A DNA stretch of 64,000 nucleotides from the human T2T-CHM13v2.0 reference genome, Homo sapiens, in the NCBI RefSeq assembly GCF_009914755.1, contig NC_060934.1; one strand, 5' to 3'. The notes under the pieces are model-generated. The model saw nothing but the letters and a program-made list of their open reading frames with translations, searched no databases and was not told the origin of the DNA. Positions 46,373-64,000 of the stretch are shown here, piece after piece (within the stretch, counting starts at the first letter, position 1; every line of letters begins with the position of its first letter). The position numbers and the translations under genes are program-made.

Positions 46373-47048
46373 AACATGAGCATAAAACCAAGTCACAAAA
46401 TGTTTGCACCATGCAATAAAGGCAAATAGACACAACAATACCCAAGGAAGCCAAGTGGGTGGAGAAAAATAACAAGCTATAGAAATAAGTAAAATCGTTA
46501 TCAGGCAGAATCAAATATTACACCCACAAACAAAAGCCAAATAGAGACCTTAGAAATTAAAATGTTGTTTGGTTACAAGAAAACCTCTACAGGTTGGCTA
46601 AATAACAGAATGGATCATTGAAGAGCCACTTAGTAAGCTGGAAGATGAAGTTCGGGAATTCTCCCAGAAACCAGTGCAAATAGATAAGTAGACAAAAAAT
46701 ATAAAGGAATGCTTGAGAGCTGAGGAAGATAGAGCCAGGTATTTAAGTAGCCATCTAAGACACATTCTCGAAGAACATGGAGGAGAGAAAATAATCAGAG
46801 ATATAATTGAAAAAAAATTCTATAGCTAAAAGAAAACTGAAAATAAAAAAAAACAATACTGAAAGTGAAATACCCTACCTAATTCCCAAGTGTGCATATT
46901 ATGTAAATGTCAGACATGATTAGCTAATTAAGAAGCTAGATATAATCTAATTTTGTAGCCAGAAAAACACATACACGCACACGTAAAACTGTGAAATCTG
47001 AATAAGGCTTGTGGATTGTACCAATATCAATTTCCTGGTTATGATATT

Positions 47049-48098
47049 TGTGGCACACAGAATTCTAAGATGACCTTCAATGAATCTCACTCTTGTATAA
47101 TCCCCTGCCCTTGAGTGTGGCAGAACCTGTGAATATGATGCTGTGTCAATCCCATGATTATGTTATGTTACATGTTATGTTACATGAATTAAAGTCTCAA
47201 CTCAACCTTAAAATATGAAGGTTATCCTGGTTGGGTCAAGCTCAATCAGGTGATCCCCTTAAAAAGGGCACCGAACTCTTTCTGGTGAAAGAGATTGCAA
47301 AACTTGAGAGAGGCATTCCACTCAAGGTTTTCCATTGCTGGGATTGGAGATGGAGGGGCCATGTAGCAAGGAGCTGAGAAGGGACCTGGCTAACAGCAAA
47401 TGAGGAAGCAGGAAAGCTCAGTCCTCTAACCACAAGGAACTGAATTGTGCCACAACCACACAAACATGAAAGAGAACCCCTGGCATCTGATGAGAGTGCA
47501 CCTCGATTTTAGCCTGTAAGACCTTGAGCAGAAGACCTCACCACGTGCACCCAGACTTCTGGCCTGCAGGGGCTGTGTGTTAAATGGTGTTGTTATAAGC
47601 CACTAAATTTGTAGTCACTTGTTACACAGTACTATAGTTTTAATATTTTCCCTCCAAAATTCATGTTAACACTTAATCTCCAATGTGACAGCATTGAGAG
47701 ATGGGACCTTTTAGAGGTGATTGGGTTATAAGGGCTCTGTTCTTATGAATGGATTAATCCATTCGTGGATTCATGGTTAATAGGTTATCATGGAAGGGGG
47801 ACAGGTGCCTTGATAATAAGAGAAAGAAAGACCTGAGAGAGCACATTGGCATGCCCAACCCCCTCTCCATGGGCTATCCTATTCACCCTGGGGACTCTTC
47901 AGAGAGTCCTCACTAGCAAGAAGGCCCTCACCAGACGCAGCCCCTTGGCTCTGGACTTCTCAGCCTCCATAACTGTAAGAAATAAATTTCTTTTCCTTAT
48001 AAATTACACTTGTAGTTTATAATTTTACATTATTATTCCAGATATCCTATCCTAAGCAACAGAAAATGGACTAATATGCACAGCAATAGAAAATAAAT
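47049..48098 (+). mobile_element. MLT1E-like LTR split by an MST LTR
   Basis: tgtggcacacagaattctaagatg start; 3' end ttgttacacag|cacagcaatagaaaa interrupted. Confidence 0.8.
47630..48078 (+). mobile_element. MST-type MaLR solo LTR
   Basis: ccctccaaaattcatgtt...ggacttctcagcctccataactgtaagaaataaatttc; perfect 5-bp TSD cacag (47625-47629 / 48079-48083). Confidence 0.85.
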
Positions 48099-48420
48099 AT
48101 TCTATTTTACCAGAGTTATGCCAGATATTAGCATTGGAGAAAAGTGGGTAAAAAATAGGCAGAATCTTTCTGTAGAATTTTTTTGCAACTTTCTATGGCC
48201 CTATAATTATTCCCTCTAAAAAAAAATATGTAAAAGGGAGATTGTATATTCTTGTCAAATACATGTGAAACAGTGACAGAAATTGACTATGTGTTAAGCC
48301 TCAAGAACATTTTAAAATTTTCAGTAAGCAGAAATCATACAAATCTTAATCACTGACCACAATGCAGAAATTAATTAATAAAATGTTGACAATGAAAAAT
48401 AACAACAAAAGAAAAAATCA

Positions 48421-48798
<378 letters not shown>

Positions 48799-50189
48799 TT
48801 AAAAATGGACAATAACAAGAGCACCATGATGTGTCTATGTACAGTGGCATTCTGAGGGAGTAGCCTTAACTACATTTACAAGAAAACAGGAAAGACTGGA
48901 AATAATTGAGTTATGTTTTCACCTTGAGAAGCCAGAAAAAGAAAATCAAAATAAGCTCAAGAAAGGAATTAGTAAACATGAAAGCATACATTAACGAGAT
49001 CAAAAGCAAACAACAGCAACAAAAATGTAGAGTTGGTAAACAGAGCAAAGGCATGTAAACATTCAAAATGTCAAAGGACAGGATGTGACTTGAAGAGCCT
49101 TAAAAAAGAGAACTGTATTAAAACACCAACATTTTACAAATCCATGTAAAACAAATGGTTTCCTCTAAAAATAAAAATGATCAAAATTAGAAAAAGGAAA
49201 AAAAAATGGAAGTACCATACAGACCAATCTCCATAAAAATAAATGGAAAAGACATGCCAAGATTTGCACCCGAAAACAGCCCCAGGTCCAGGAGCTTTCC
49301 TGGCAAATTCTATAGGTATTTGCAATTTATATAAGTGGTGTCAGAAGATAGAAAAGGAGAGAAAGCTGCCTTCAACTGAAAGCTAAAATAATAATTGCAG
49401 AAGTTTAAAAACTAAATGACTGCAAGTAAGATAATTGCATATCGAATTCTGAATGTATCGAAAGCATAATACCTCATAACAAATAGAGTTTGTCCCAAGA
49501 ATGCTAGAATGGCTGAAGTTTAGAAAATCCATTGATATACCTTATTATATTAACATATTAATATAGAAAAACATAAAATTATCTCAATAAAGACCAGAAC
49601 ATTATTTGCTATAATGTCACTCCAGACGTACAACCATAGCACAAACCCAGAATTATTTAATAAGCTCAAGCAAAGGAAGTCCTCAGCAAGACATGAAATC
49701 CTGAAGCCATTAAATAAAAATTTCATTCATTTTACTCTTAAAATATGCAGGGCTTTTATATGATGTGTACCACACCAAAGCAAGATGTTAACAGTAGGGG
49801 AAATTGTGGATATAAGCGGGAGAGTGGGTATACAGGAACTCTGAACTTTCCATTCAATTTTTCTGTAAACCTAAAACTGCTCTAAGAAATAAAGTTTATA
49901 AGCAAAGAGGAACAAAAAACAACAAATTAGATAAAACACTTGAAATACATTTGACACAGAGAAGATTCCAAGATGGCCGAATAGGAACAGCTCCAGTCTG
50001 CAGCTCCCAATGTGAGTGACACAGAAGATGGGTGATTTCTACATTTCCAACTGAGTTACTGGGTTCATCTCACTGGGGCTTGTCAGACAGTGGGTGCAGC
50101 CCACAGAGCAGGGCGGGGCATTGCCTCACCCAGGAAGCACAAGGGGTCAGGGAATTCCCTTTCCTAGCAAAGGGAAGCCGTGACAGATG

Positions 50190-50384
50190 TTACCTGGAAA
50201 ATCGGGACACTCCCACCATAATACTGCGCTTTTCCAATGGCCTTAGCAAACAGCACACCAGGAGATTATATCCCGCGCCTGGCTCAGAGGGTCCCACGCC
50301 CACAGAGCCTTGGTCACTGCTAGCACAGCAGTCTGAGATCGAACTGCAAGGCGGCAGCAAGGCTGGGGGAGGGGCATCCACCAT
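50190..50384 (-). CDS. L1 ORF0 homologue (antisense ORF of the 5'UTR), 64 aa
   Basis: gcaATGg start; MVDAPPPALLPPCSSISDCCASSDQGSVGVGPSEPGAGY...VGVSRFSR* matches recalled primate ORF0 (MAGAPPPASLPPCSLISDCCAS...); expression unknown. Confidence 0.7.
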   Translation of the reverse strand: MVDAPPPALLPPCSSISDCCASSDQGSVGVGPSEPGAGYNLLVCCLLRPLEKRSIMVGVSRFSR

Positions 50385-50958
50385 TGCTGAGGCTTGAGTA
50401 GGTAAACAAAGCATCGGGAAGCTCAAACTGAGTGGAGCCCACCACAGCTCAAGGAGGCTGGCCTGCCTCTGTAGACTTCACCTCTGGGGGCAGGGCATAG
50501 CCAAACAAAAGGCAGCAGAAACTTCTGCAGACTTAAATGTCCCTGTCTGACAGCTTTGAAGAGAGTAGTGGTTCTCCCAGCATGGGGTTTGAGATCTGAG
50601 AACACACAGACTGCCTCCTCAAGTGGGTCCCTGACCCCTGAGTAGCCTCACTGGGAGACACCTACCAGTAGGGGCCGACCAACATCTCATACAGTTGGGT
50701 GCCCCTCTGAGATGAAGCTTCCAGAGGAAGGATCAGGCAACAACATTTGCCGTTCTGCAATATTTGCTGTTCTGCAGCCTCCGCTGGTGATACCCAGGCA
50801 AACAGCATCCGGAGTGAACCTCCAGCAAACTCCAACAGACCTGCAGCTGAGGGTCCTGACTGTTAGAAGGAAAACTAACAAACAGAAAGGACATCCACAA
50901 CAAAACCCCATCTGTATGTTACCATCATCAAAGACAAAAGGTAGATAGAACCACAAAG

Positions 50959-55846
<4,888 letters not shown>

Positions 55847-56125
55847 ACAATGTGAACACCTGGACACAGGGTGGGGACCATCACACACCAGAGCCTGTCA
55901 TGGGGTGGGGGGAGGGGGGAGGGATAGCATTAGGAGATATACCTAATATAAATGACGAGTTAACAGGTGCAGCAAACCAACATGGCACATGCATACATAT
56001 GTAACAAACCTGCACGTTGTGCACATGTACCCTAGAACTTAAAGTATAATAATAATAATAAAAATTTTTAAAAAAAGAAATATATTTGACACAAAAGCTT
56101 AACATCTTAATATAAAAAGAAATCA

Positions 56126-56400
56126 GGACCAAGCATGGTAGCTTATGCCTCTAATCCCAGCACAGGAGGACCTCTTGAGGCCAGGAGTTCAAGACCAGCC
56201 TGGGCAACATAGCTAGATCCCATCCCTACAAAAAACAATTTTTTAATTAGTTGAGTGTGGTGGCATGCTCCTGTAGTTCTCACTACATAGGAGAATCACT
56301 TGAGACTAAGAGTTTGAGGCTGCAGTGAGCTATGATGGCACCACTGCACTCCAGCCTGGGCAACAGAGCTAGATCCTGTCTCTTAAAAAGAAAAGAAAAA
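56126..56400 (+). mobile_element. AluJ with small deletions
   Basis: gaggctgcagtgagctatgatggcaccactgcac diagnostics. Confidence 0.88.
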
Positions 56401-57554
56401 GAAAATGAGGATATATACTCTCTGTAATAATATTCCAATTGTACTGGAGGTCCTATCCAGTGCAATAAGATGCGAAAAATATAAATTTTGGAAATGACAT
56501 AAAAGAATTATCACTTTTATGAATGATATAATTTTCCATTTAGAAAAATCGAGAAGAGAATCAACTGAAACATTATTAGAACTTTCTTTTTATTTTATAG
56601 AATATTTATTTATTTATTATTAGAAGTTTAGCCGGTTTGCCAAGTAGAAGATTCATATGTAGAAATCAATAGCTTTCTCATGCATCTGCCAAAACCAATC
56701 TAAAAGTGCAATTAAAACATTCAAAATAGCCATAGAATATCAAAATAGCCAATAGAATATCAAAATATACAGGAATAAACATGGAAAAGAAACACATCAG
56801 ACCCATGTGAGGAAAATTATAAACCTTACTGAAGGACATAAAGTAAATTCAAACAAAGGGGAAGATACAGTATAAAGGTGTTGGTTTTCCCATAAATTAA
56901 AAGCTAAATTTGGGGAAATGCCTATCACATTGGCAGTGTTATTTTTGTTGTTGTTTGTTTGTTTACTTTACAAGCTTATTCTAAAATTCATGTACAGAAA
57001 AAAATTCAAGATAAACAAGAAAATGGTGGCATGGAATGATGGGGACATTGTCAGTCTATAGAAAGGAAATAGAGGAGGCCACTGTGTGGGAAAAGATACT
57101 CAACTTCACTAATAAATAGAGAAATGCAAAATAAGAAAATAACAAGGTACCTTTTTTCCCCTTAAATATCCTTAAATATTTAAATGATAATGTGAGAGGG
57201 GATAAAACAGAAATTCACAGGTACGGTTGGTAGGAGTTCAATTGGTCCAGTCTTTTTCAAAGCCAATGCATTATTTCTCAACACTTTGTGCATTACTGTC
57301 AACCAAGCACTAACAAAGCAACTTTTCAGAGTCTATCTACTCCAGAGGTGCAGGGAAACATGTATCCAGAGAGGCTGATCAAGCATGTTCATGTAACACT
57401 GTGTCTAACAGCAAAAACGCTAGAAATGATTCAAATGTCTATTAAGATAATTATTTAAAACAGAGTGAATTTGTATTTGGGAATATAGGCAGCGATTTTT
57501 TAAAAAATCAGTCTATTCTTATAACACTGCAAGAATTCCAAGACACATTATTAA

Positions 57555-57923
<369 letters not shown>

Positions 57924-58128
57924 TTATGCACATGTATATGATTGTAAATGCAGATTAAAAACAAGTAGTTAACTTACTTCTGAGGACATACAGGATTGGA
58001 GATGTGGTGAAATCAAGGAGGACTTTTGTTTCCTCTGTATGGTTTGAAATTTCAAAATGAAAATGTGACCGTATATTAAGGATGTACTTTTTAAAACTCC
58101 CCAAAAGTAAATGTGGCCATCTGAAAAG

Positions 58129-58134
58129 TTTATT
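58129..58134 (-). terminator. TEX36: Polyadenylation signal AATAAA of TEX36
   Basis: First canonical hexamer downstream of the stop, ~180 nt away on the minus strand. Confidence 0.7.
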
Positions 58135-58313
58135 TACACATGCGTATGTCATCACAAATTCATTTCACAAGGATTTGAATGTTTTTTGACCTTATAAAAA
58201 TCATAAAAGTACTTTAAAAATTAAATAGTGGTGCTGGATCAGAAAACATATACTTTTAGGATGTCTGATGAAATACCAGTATTACAAAATTCATCAAAAA
58301 TCTTCTGGGAGGA

Positions 58314-58972
<659 letters not shown>

Positions 58973-59859
58973 TCAGTCACATAGTTCTGAGGTCTTTCTT
59001 AAAATCAGTTACTTGACATGTATATGTTCAAATGCACACTATGACGACTGTCTCAAGGTCTCCTTTAACAACCTGTTGAAGGTTATGAATTGACACTCAC
59101 AAAACCCTGGCAGGGTTCTGTTATTGTCCTCACAGTCTTCTGGTGCCACCAAGGGGCCTGCACTTTTAGAGACATGGAAAGCAGAACCAGAGACAATCCA
59201 GCCAGAAACAGACTGTTAGCCAGCCTCAACCCTAGGGACCCAGGTAGGTTCCCTTCACTCCCAACACCCCCGACCTTCCCTGCTCCCCAGCACTGAGCTG
59301 CCCCCCAGCACTCAGTGGGACCAATGATGATTCTTTCTCTGAAAAGTCTGAGGAGGCTGAATTCTTTCCCAACCCTAAGGGCTCCCTGAAGGACCCAGCA
59401 CCTTTAGGTCCTGGCCCACAGGCTTCCTCATTCACTCTCAGCACCTTACGTGCGAACCTGATAATTACTGTGTACTCAAAATTGTACATTCTGTTTGTTC
59501 ACAACTAGATGAAAACTAAGAAAGAAAACACTATACTGACATGAGTGACTGAGAGGAAATGGACATTACGTTACATAGATTTCACGTCAGTAAAGTGAGG
59601 TTTCTGTGATGAAGGGTCAGTGTCAGATTTGCAGCAGGAGATGCAAGCCACATTCCAATTAGAGTAATTTGAGGACAGTCTATAAAGGGACTGTCTACAT
59701 ACGTGTGGGTGTGTGTAAGGACACCCCAAGGGGCTGTGCAATGGCTCCAGGACTGAGGGGACTGGGGAGGGATGTACTCCACATAGATCAGCCCCCAGAA
59801 CCAGAGTAGGGAGAAGAGGAGAGTGGGACTGGAGGGACAAGTGTATGACGCGGGGCACA

Positions 59860-61760
59860 ATGTCCAAGTCGGCTTCTAAAGAATGACTTGAGGATACTCC
59901 AGCAAATTGAAAAACAAGTAAAAGAAAGGCATGATGAAAATAGGGGAAAGAGCTTCAAGGAAAGCAGCAAGTAAAATTTATGATGAAATCTAAATGCTTG
60001 CTAATAATGTGACTATGAAATGTACTGAATTGTACAAATTCACAAAATGGAAAGGAGGGAGGGAAACAGAAAGAAAAGAATCTGCAACTGAAATCCCAGG
60101 ATTTCAACTTGATTAGGGAAATCAGGGCCACATCTTTGAGCTCCCAGCTGAAGTCCAGGAATGGCACCTACAGGGCTTGGGGGAATACAACCTGGCCACC
60201 AACACAGCAGCCCTGGAACAGGAAGTGAGTGAGATAAAGCATGCTGGAAGACTTACCTTATTCTTGGGGAAAAGCTACAGTTATTAATTTTTATACATAC
60301 AGTAATATAGTGTTAATATAATTATTAAATATTTGTACTTGAGGGCAAGTACTTGTAGAATATCAGTAGAAGTCAGAGTGAGCAAATAAATTCAATCAAT
60401 CTAGCAAAGTCAGGAGAAGAAGAAAAAAAGAAAAATATAAGCATAATAAATAGGAAACATGAGATGGCAGAAATAAAACCAAAAGCATAAATTGTCATAA
60501 TAATGTGAATGGGCTAAATTCTCATATAAAGAAATAGATTCTTCGATTTTTTTTAAAACTCTGCTGCATTATATTTATAATAGAAGACAAATGCAAAGCA
60601 AAATGACTACAAATTATGGAGACAAAGGAATGGCCCATAACATAAAGAACAAACATTAGCAAAAAGAGAGTAATAGTGACAATGCCAGTATCATAATGTA
60701 GATAGAATTTATGGCTAAAGGCATTAATGCATATAAAGAGAAACACTTCATATTGATAAACGGCAAAAGCCACCATGAAAATAAAACAACAAAAATTTTT
60801 GATGCAGAAAGATAAGGTATTAAACTATATCAGGCAAAAAAAACTTTAGAAACTCAAGAATAATCTTAGAAGCAGAAATTGACAGATCAATACAAAAATT
60901 AAGACAAGGATATGAAAGATTTAAATAATTCACAGTCCTAAATTAATAAATATAAAGAACTTTGTAACCAACAGGGGGGAATATATATTATTTGTAAACA
61001 GCCACGACACACTTGTTAAAGTTAATCACACACAAGACAACAAAGATAATCTCATAATTCAAAAAGTGAGAATCTTAGATTATACTCTGAAATTTACCAT
61101 AACCCATAAAACTAGATATTAGCAATGAATAGATTATTTCTAAAATTTTTAACCATATAGATAATTCAAAACATTCTTCCAATTTTTTTAGGAAAGGGAA
61201 AAATTAAAAATTAAATCATAGGCTATTTGAAAGCAAATAATAATGAGACCTTAATTGGAAAAACCTTTGGGATGTAGTCAAACCAATAATCTAAAGACTA
61301 CTTATAGTTTTAATAAATTATTAACAAAAACAATTGCAAGTATGTGAACTAAACATTCAACTGAAAACAAATTTTAAGGAACAACAAAATAAGACTATTT
61401 TGAGAGATGTTATACCGTACATTTGAAATGAATTAGATAAATTTTAGGCAAATACGTATCAGCAAAATCTACCCAAGAAGAGATAGAAAGTTTGAATAGA
61501 TTAATAATCAAGAAAGAAAGAAAAAGTCATAAAAACCTTACTCTAAAAAATATACCAAACCCAAGTTATTTCATAGGCAAATTCTGTCTAACCTCCATTA
61601 AACTGAAAACTTCCATTAAACTGAAAATCCAAATGTTATATAAGCTATTCCAGAACATAGAGAAAGTTGGAAAGCTTCCAAGGCTTTCTAGAAGACTATC
61701 ATAACCTTGGCAAAATACAAGTGGTAGAATCCTGTTTATATCATTAACAAATATACATTT
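59860..61760 (+). mobile_element. Old L1ME fragments in the TEX36 intron
   Basis: A-rich decayed ORF2-like sequence (aatgtgaatgggctaaattctc; MNRLIIKKE...YFIGKF...LYKLFQNIEK). Confidence 0.7.
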
Positions 61761-62059
61761 ATGTGTGTACATCTGCATGTGAATTGGAAAAACTCTCAAA
61801 TTTTACCCACAAAACCATTACTAGCAGTGAATCGTCAAGGTCAGATTGTGAGGAAGGAAAATAAGGGTGTGAATTTATTTTTAATTTTATACAATTCTGT
61901 ATGATTTCAGTTTTTTAAAGGACATATGTTGCTTTGGTTATTTAAAAAACAATATTAAGCACCCCATGTACAGAGGCAGGCAAAGTGGGTATTCTGGTCC
62001 TGTTTTCAACATTCTGCCAGAAGAAAACCAGATTTCTGGGGTTAAGGCACTTCTATTTA

Positions 62060-62240
62060 GTTAAGACACTGTAGTCTAGAAGAAAGAGGGATTTGGGGCA
62101 AGTTGTTTAACTTTACTGGATCTCAATTTGCTCATCTCTAAATTGAGATGATAAGTGTAATTAGCCTGTAGGATTGTTGTGAGGATTGAATACAATAATA
62201 CGAGATGTTGGTATATGGCAGATGCTTTATAAATGGTGGG
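62060..62240 (+). mobile_element. MIR relic
   Basis: ggggcaagttgtttaac...ctcaatttgctcatctctaaa...ggattgttgtgaggattgaat. Confidence 0.7.
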
Positions 62241-62331
62241 CCATTAATAACACCTTCATTATCATGGACTTTCAGGTTCCATGAGGATTTGCAGGTATCA
62301 CTTGATACAGCTTTCTATCTAATAGGTTTCC

Positions 62332-62952
62332 CTGTGCTGTGCAGTCTGGTAGCCCCTAGCCACATGTAGCCATTGGGCACTTGATATGTGAGTTGTCTAC
62401 GTTGAGATGTTACATAAGTGTAAAACACAAACTGTATTTTAAAGACTTGGTTTGGAAGGAAGAATGTAAAATATCTCATTAATTTTTTATATTGATTACA
62501 TGTTGAATGGGCAATTTGGAGAATTATTGGGCTAAATAAATTATTTTTGTTTGCTTGAGATAGGATCTCACTCTGACACCCAGGCTGGAGTGCAGTGTTC
62601 GTGATCATAGCTCACTGCAGCCTTGAACTCCTGAGCTCAAGTGAACCTCCCACCTCAATCTTTTGAGTAGCTGGGACAACAGGCATGCACCACCACACCT
62701 GGTTAATTTTTTAATGTTTTGTAGACACGGGGTCTTACTATGTAGCCCAGGCTGGTCTCAAGCTCCTGACCTCAAGTGATCCTCCCACCTCAGCCTCCCA
62801 AACTGCTGGGATTTCAGGGCTGAGCCACTGCTCCCAGCCAATAGAATATATTATTAAAGTAAATTTCACCTGTTTCTTTGTACTTAATGTAACCACTAAA
62901 GCATTTAAAATTATGCATACAGTTTACACTACATTTCTATCACACAGTGCTG
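62332..62952 (-). mobile_element. MER33 (hAT-Charlie) split by an AluJ
   Basis: ctgtgctgt...tagccacatgtagcc...aaaatatctcattaatttttt...[Alu]...atttcacctgtttcttt...cagtgctg. Confidence 0.82.
62544..62839 (-). mobile_element. AluJ
   Basis: gatcatagctcactgcagccttgaactcctgagctcaag diagnostics. Confidence 0.92.
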
Positions 62953-63435
62953 TGTGAACCACCACTGTATCAGACTTCATGTTCTCCAGTGATGGGGAAC
63001 TCACAACCTGTAGAGAAAAGGCAACTCCAGTTACAAGGAAATCCTTCCTTATATTATGTAAGCTCCTCCTCCTTCTGACCTTTCCTCGTGGATCCTGGTT
63101 CTGCCATCCAGAGATACGCATAGCAGTCCCTCCTTCCCATGGCAGATCCTCACAAGAAAGCTCGCAAAAGAGACAATTTATGGGAAGGCACTTGCAGAAG
63201 GATGAAGCGCACTTACACCTAGGCAGAACACTGGTGTAGATCTTGAAAGCGGCGTGGAATTCTGAGAGCTTTGAACATTTTTTTTTTAATCTGTTATGAG
63301 TCTTGTTTAAGACCTCGCTTTGTTTTGACCTTGTTCCAGTTTTGAGGCCAATCCTCTATCTTCAACACACCCCAGAAAATCAAGATCCCTTGTGTTGTTC
63401 CCTGTTTTATTAATAATTTGGAAAGAAATACTCAC

Positions 63436-63516
63436 GGAGTCAAGGTAGCATCCAGAGTTCTCCAAGCTGTGCCGATTGTCATGCACGGAGAAGGGGAACT
63501 GGTTATTCACTGCTTG
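63436..63516 (-). CDS. TEX36: Testis-expressed protein 36, internal 81-nt exon with the HDNR motif
   Basis: Pyrimidine tract ...cccacttttccag|CAA; QAVNNQFPFSVHDNRHSLENSGCYLDS; donor TCC|gtgagt; phase 0/0. Confidence 0.93.
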
Positions 63517-64000
63517 CTGGAAAAGTGGGATGGAAGGGAAAGAGCACACATTAGAACCCTGCATGCTTTCAGAACTGGGATCGGGTGATGTGGAAGGAAG
63601 ATGGATGAGGCAAAGCGACCTCTAAGAAAGACAATGAAACCTGGCCCCAGAGATGGAGCAGACACAGGAGGGGGAGGATATCCACGTGCTCATCAGCGCC
63701 GGGCTTTGAAACCCCACCTTATTTCCAGCTTCCCCAAAGTCATAAAAATTATCTTTCAAAACACCTTATTTGGATGCAAGGATGGAAAAGTGTACAGGCT
63801 CATGGAGCCAAAAACTGGGAAGGACTTTTGAGGCCGTGTAGACCAACTCTGTCATCTGGCCAGTAAGGGTCCCAGGAGATGAGAGCCCTGGCCCAAGGCC
63901 TGGGGGGAACCCTGGCAGGTATGAAATGGACCCTGGCTTCTCCTTTGTGCCACTGCAGGGCCTGGAAGTTGCTCAGGAATTGGCCGGGGAGGCAGGAGGT

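Noticed and set aside
56722-56766. Short tandem duplication (caaaatagcc-atagaatat x2); similar ones at 47161 and 61593
   Set aside because: Ordinary slippage events within decayed repeats

Overview
Primate, almost certainly human, genomic DNA that is roughly half transposable element. The only host coding sequence I can support is the 3' end of TEX36 on the minus strand: an 81-nt internal exon (63436-63516, HDNR motif) and the terminal coding exon (58314-58610, stop TAA, AATAAA at 58129-58134). The ORF track contains neither exon correctly. The rest is non-coding sequence downstream of the main TEX36 poly(A) site. It holds a 5'-truncated L1PA3-like element (minus), a full-length decayed L1PA6-like element (plus) nested in older L1M sequence, an internally deleted HERV-L/MLT2A provirus, solo LTRs (MER41, MER39-like, MLT1, MST, LTR16), hAT elements (MER1A, MER5A, MER33), about 19 Alus, MIR/L2 relics and a 39-bp minisatellite. 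I see no new gene family or enzyme system. The best hypothesis is a TE-built alternative 3'-end circuit for TEX36: inverted Alus flank the terminal exon, a phase-compatible splice acceptor lies in the MLT2A LTR, and an intact L1 ORF0 with a strong donor points the same way. Subfamily names come from recalled consensus sequences, not from a database search.
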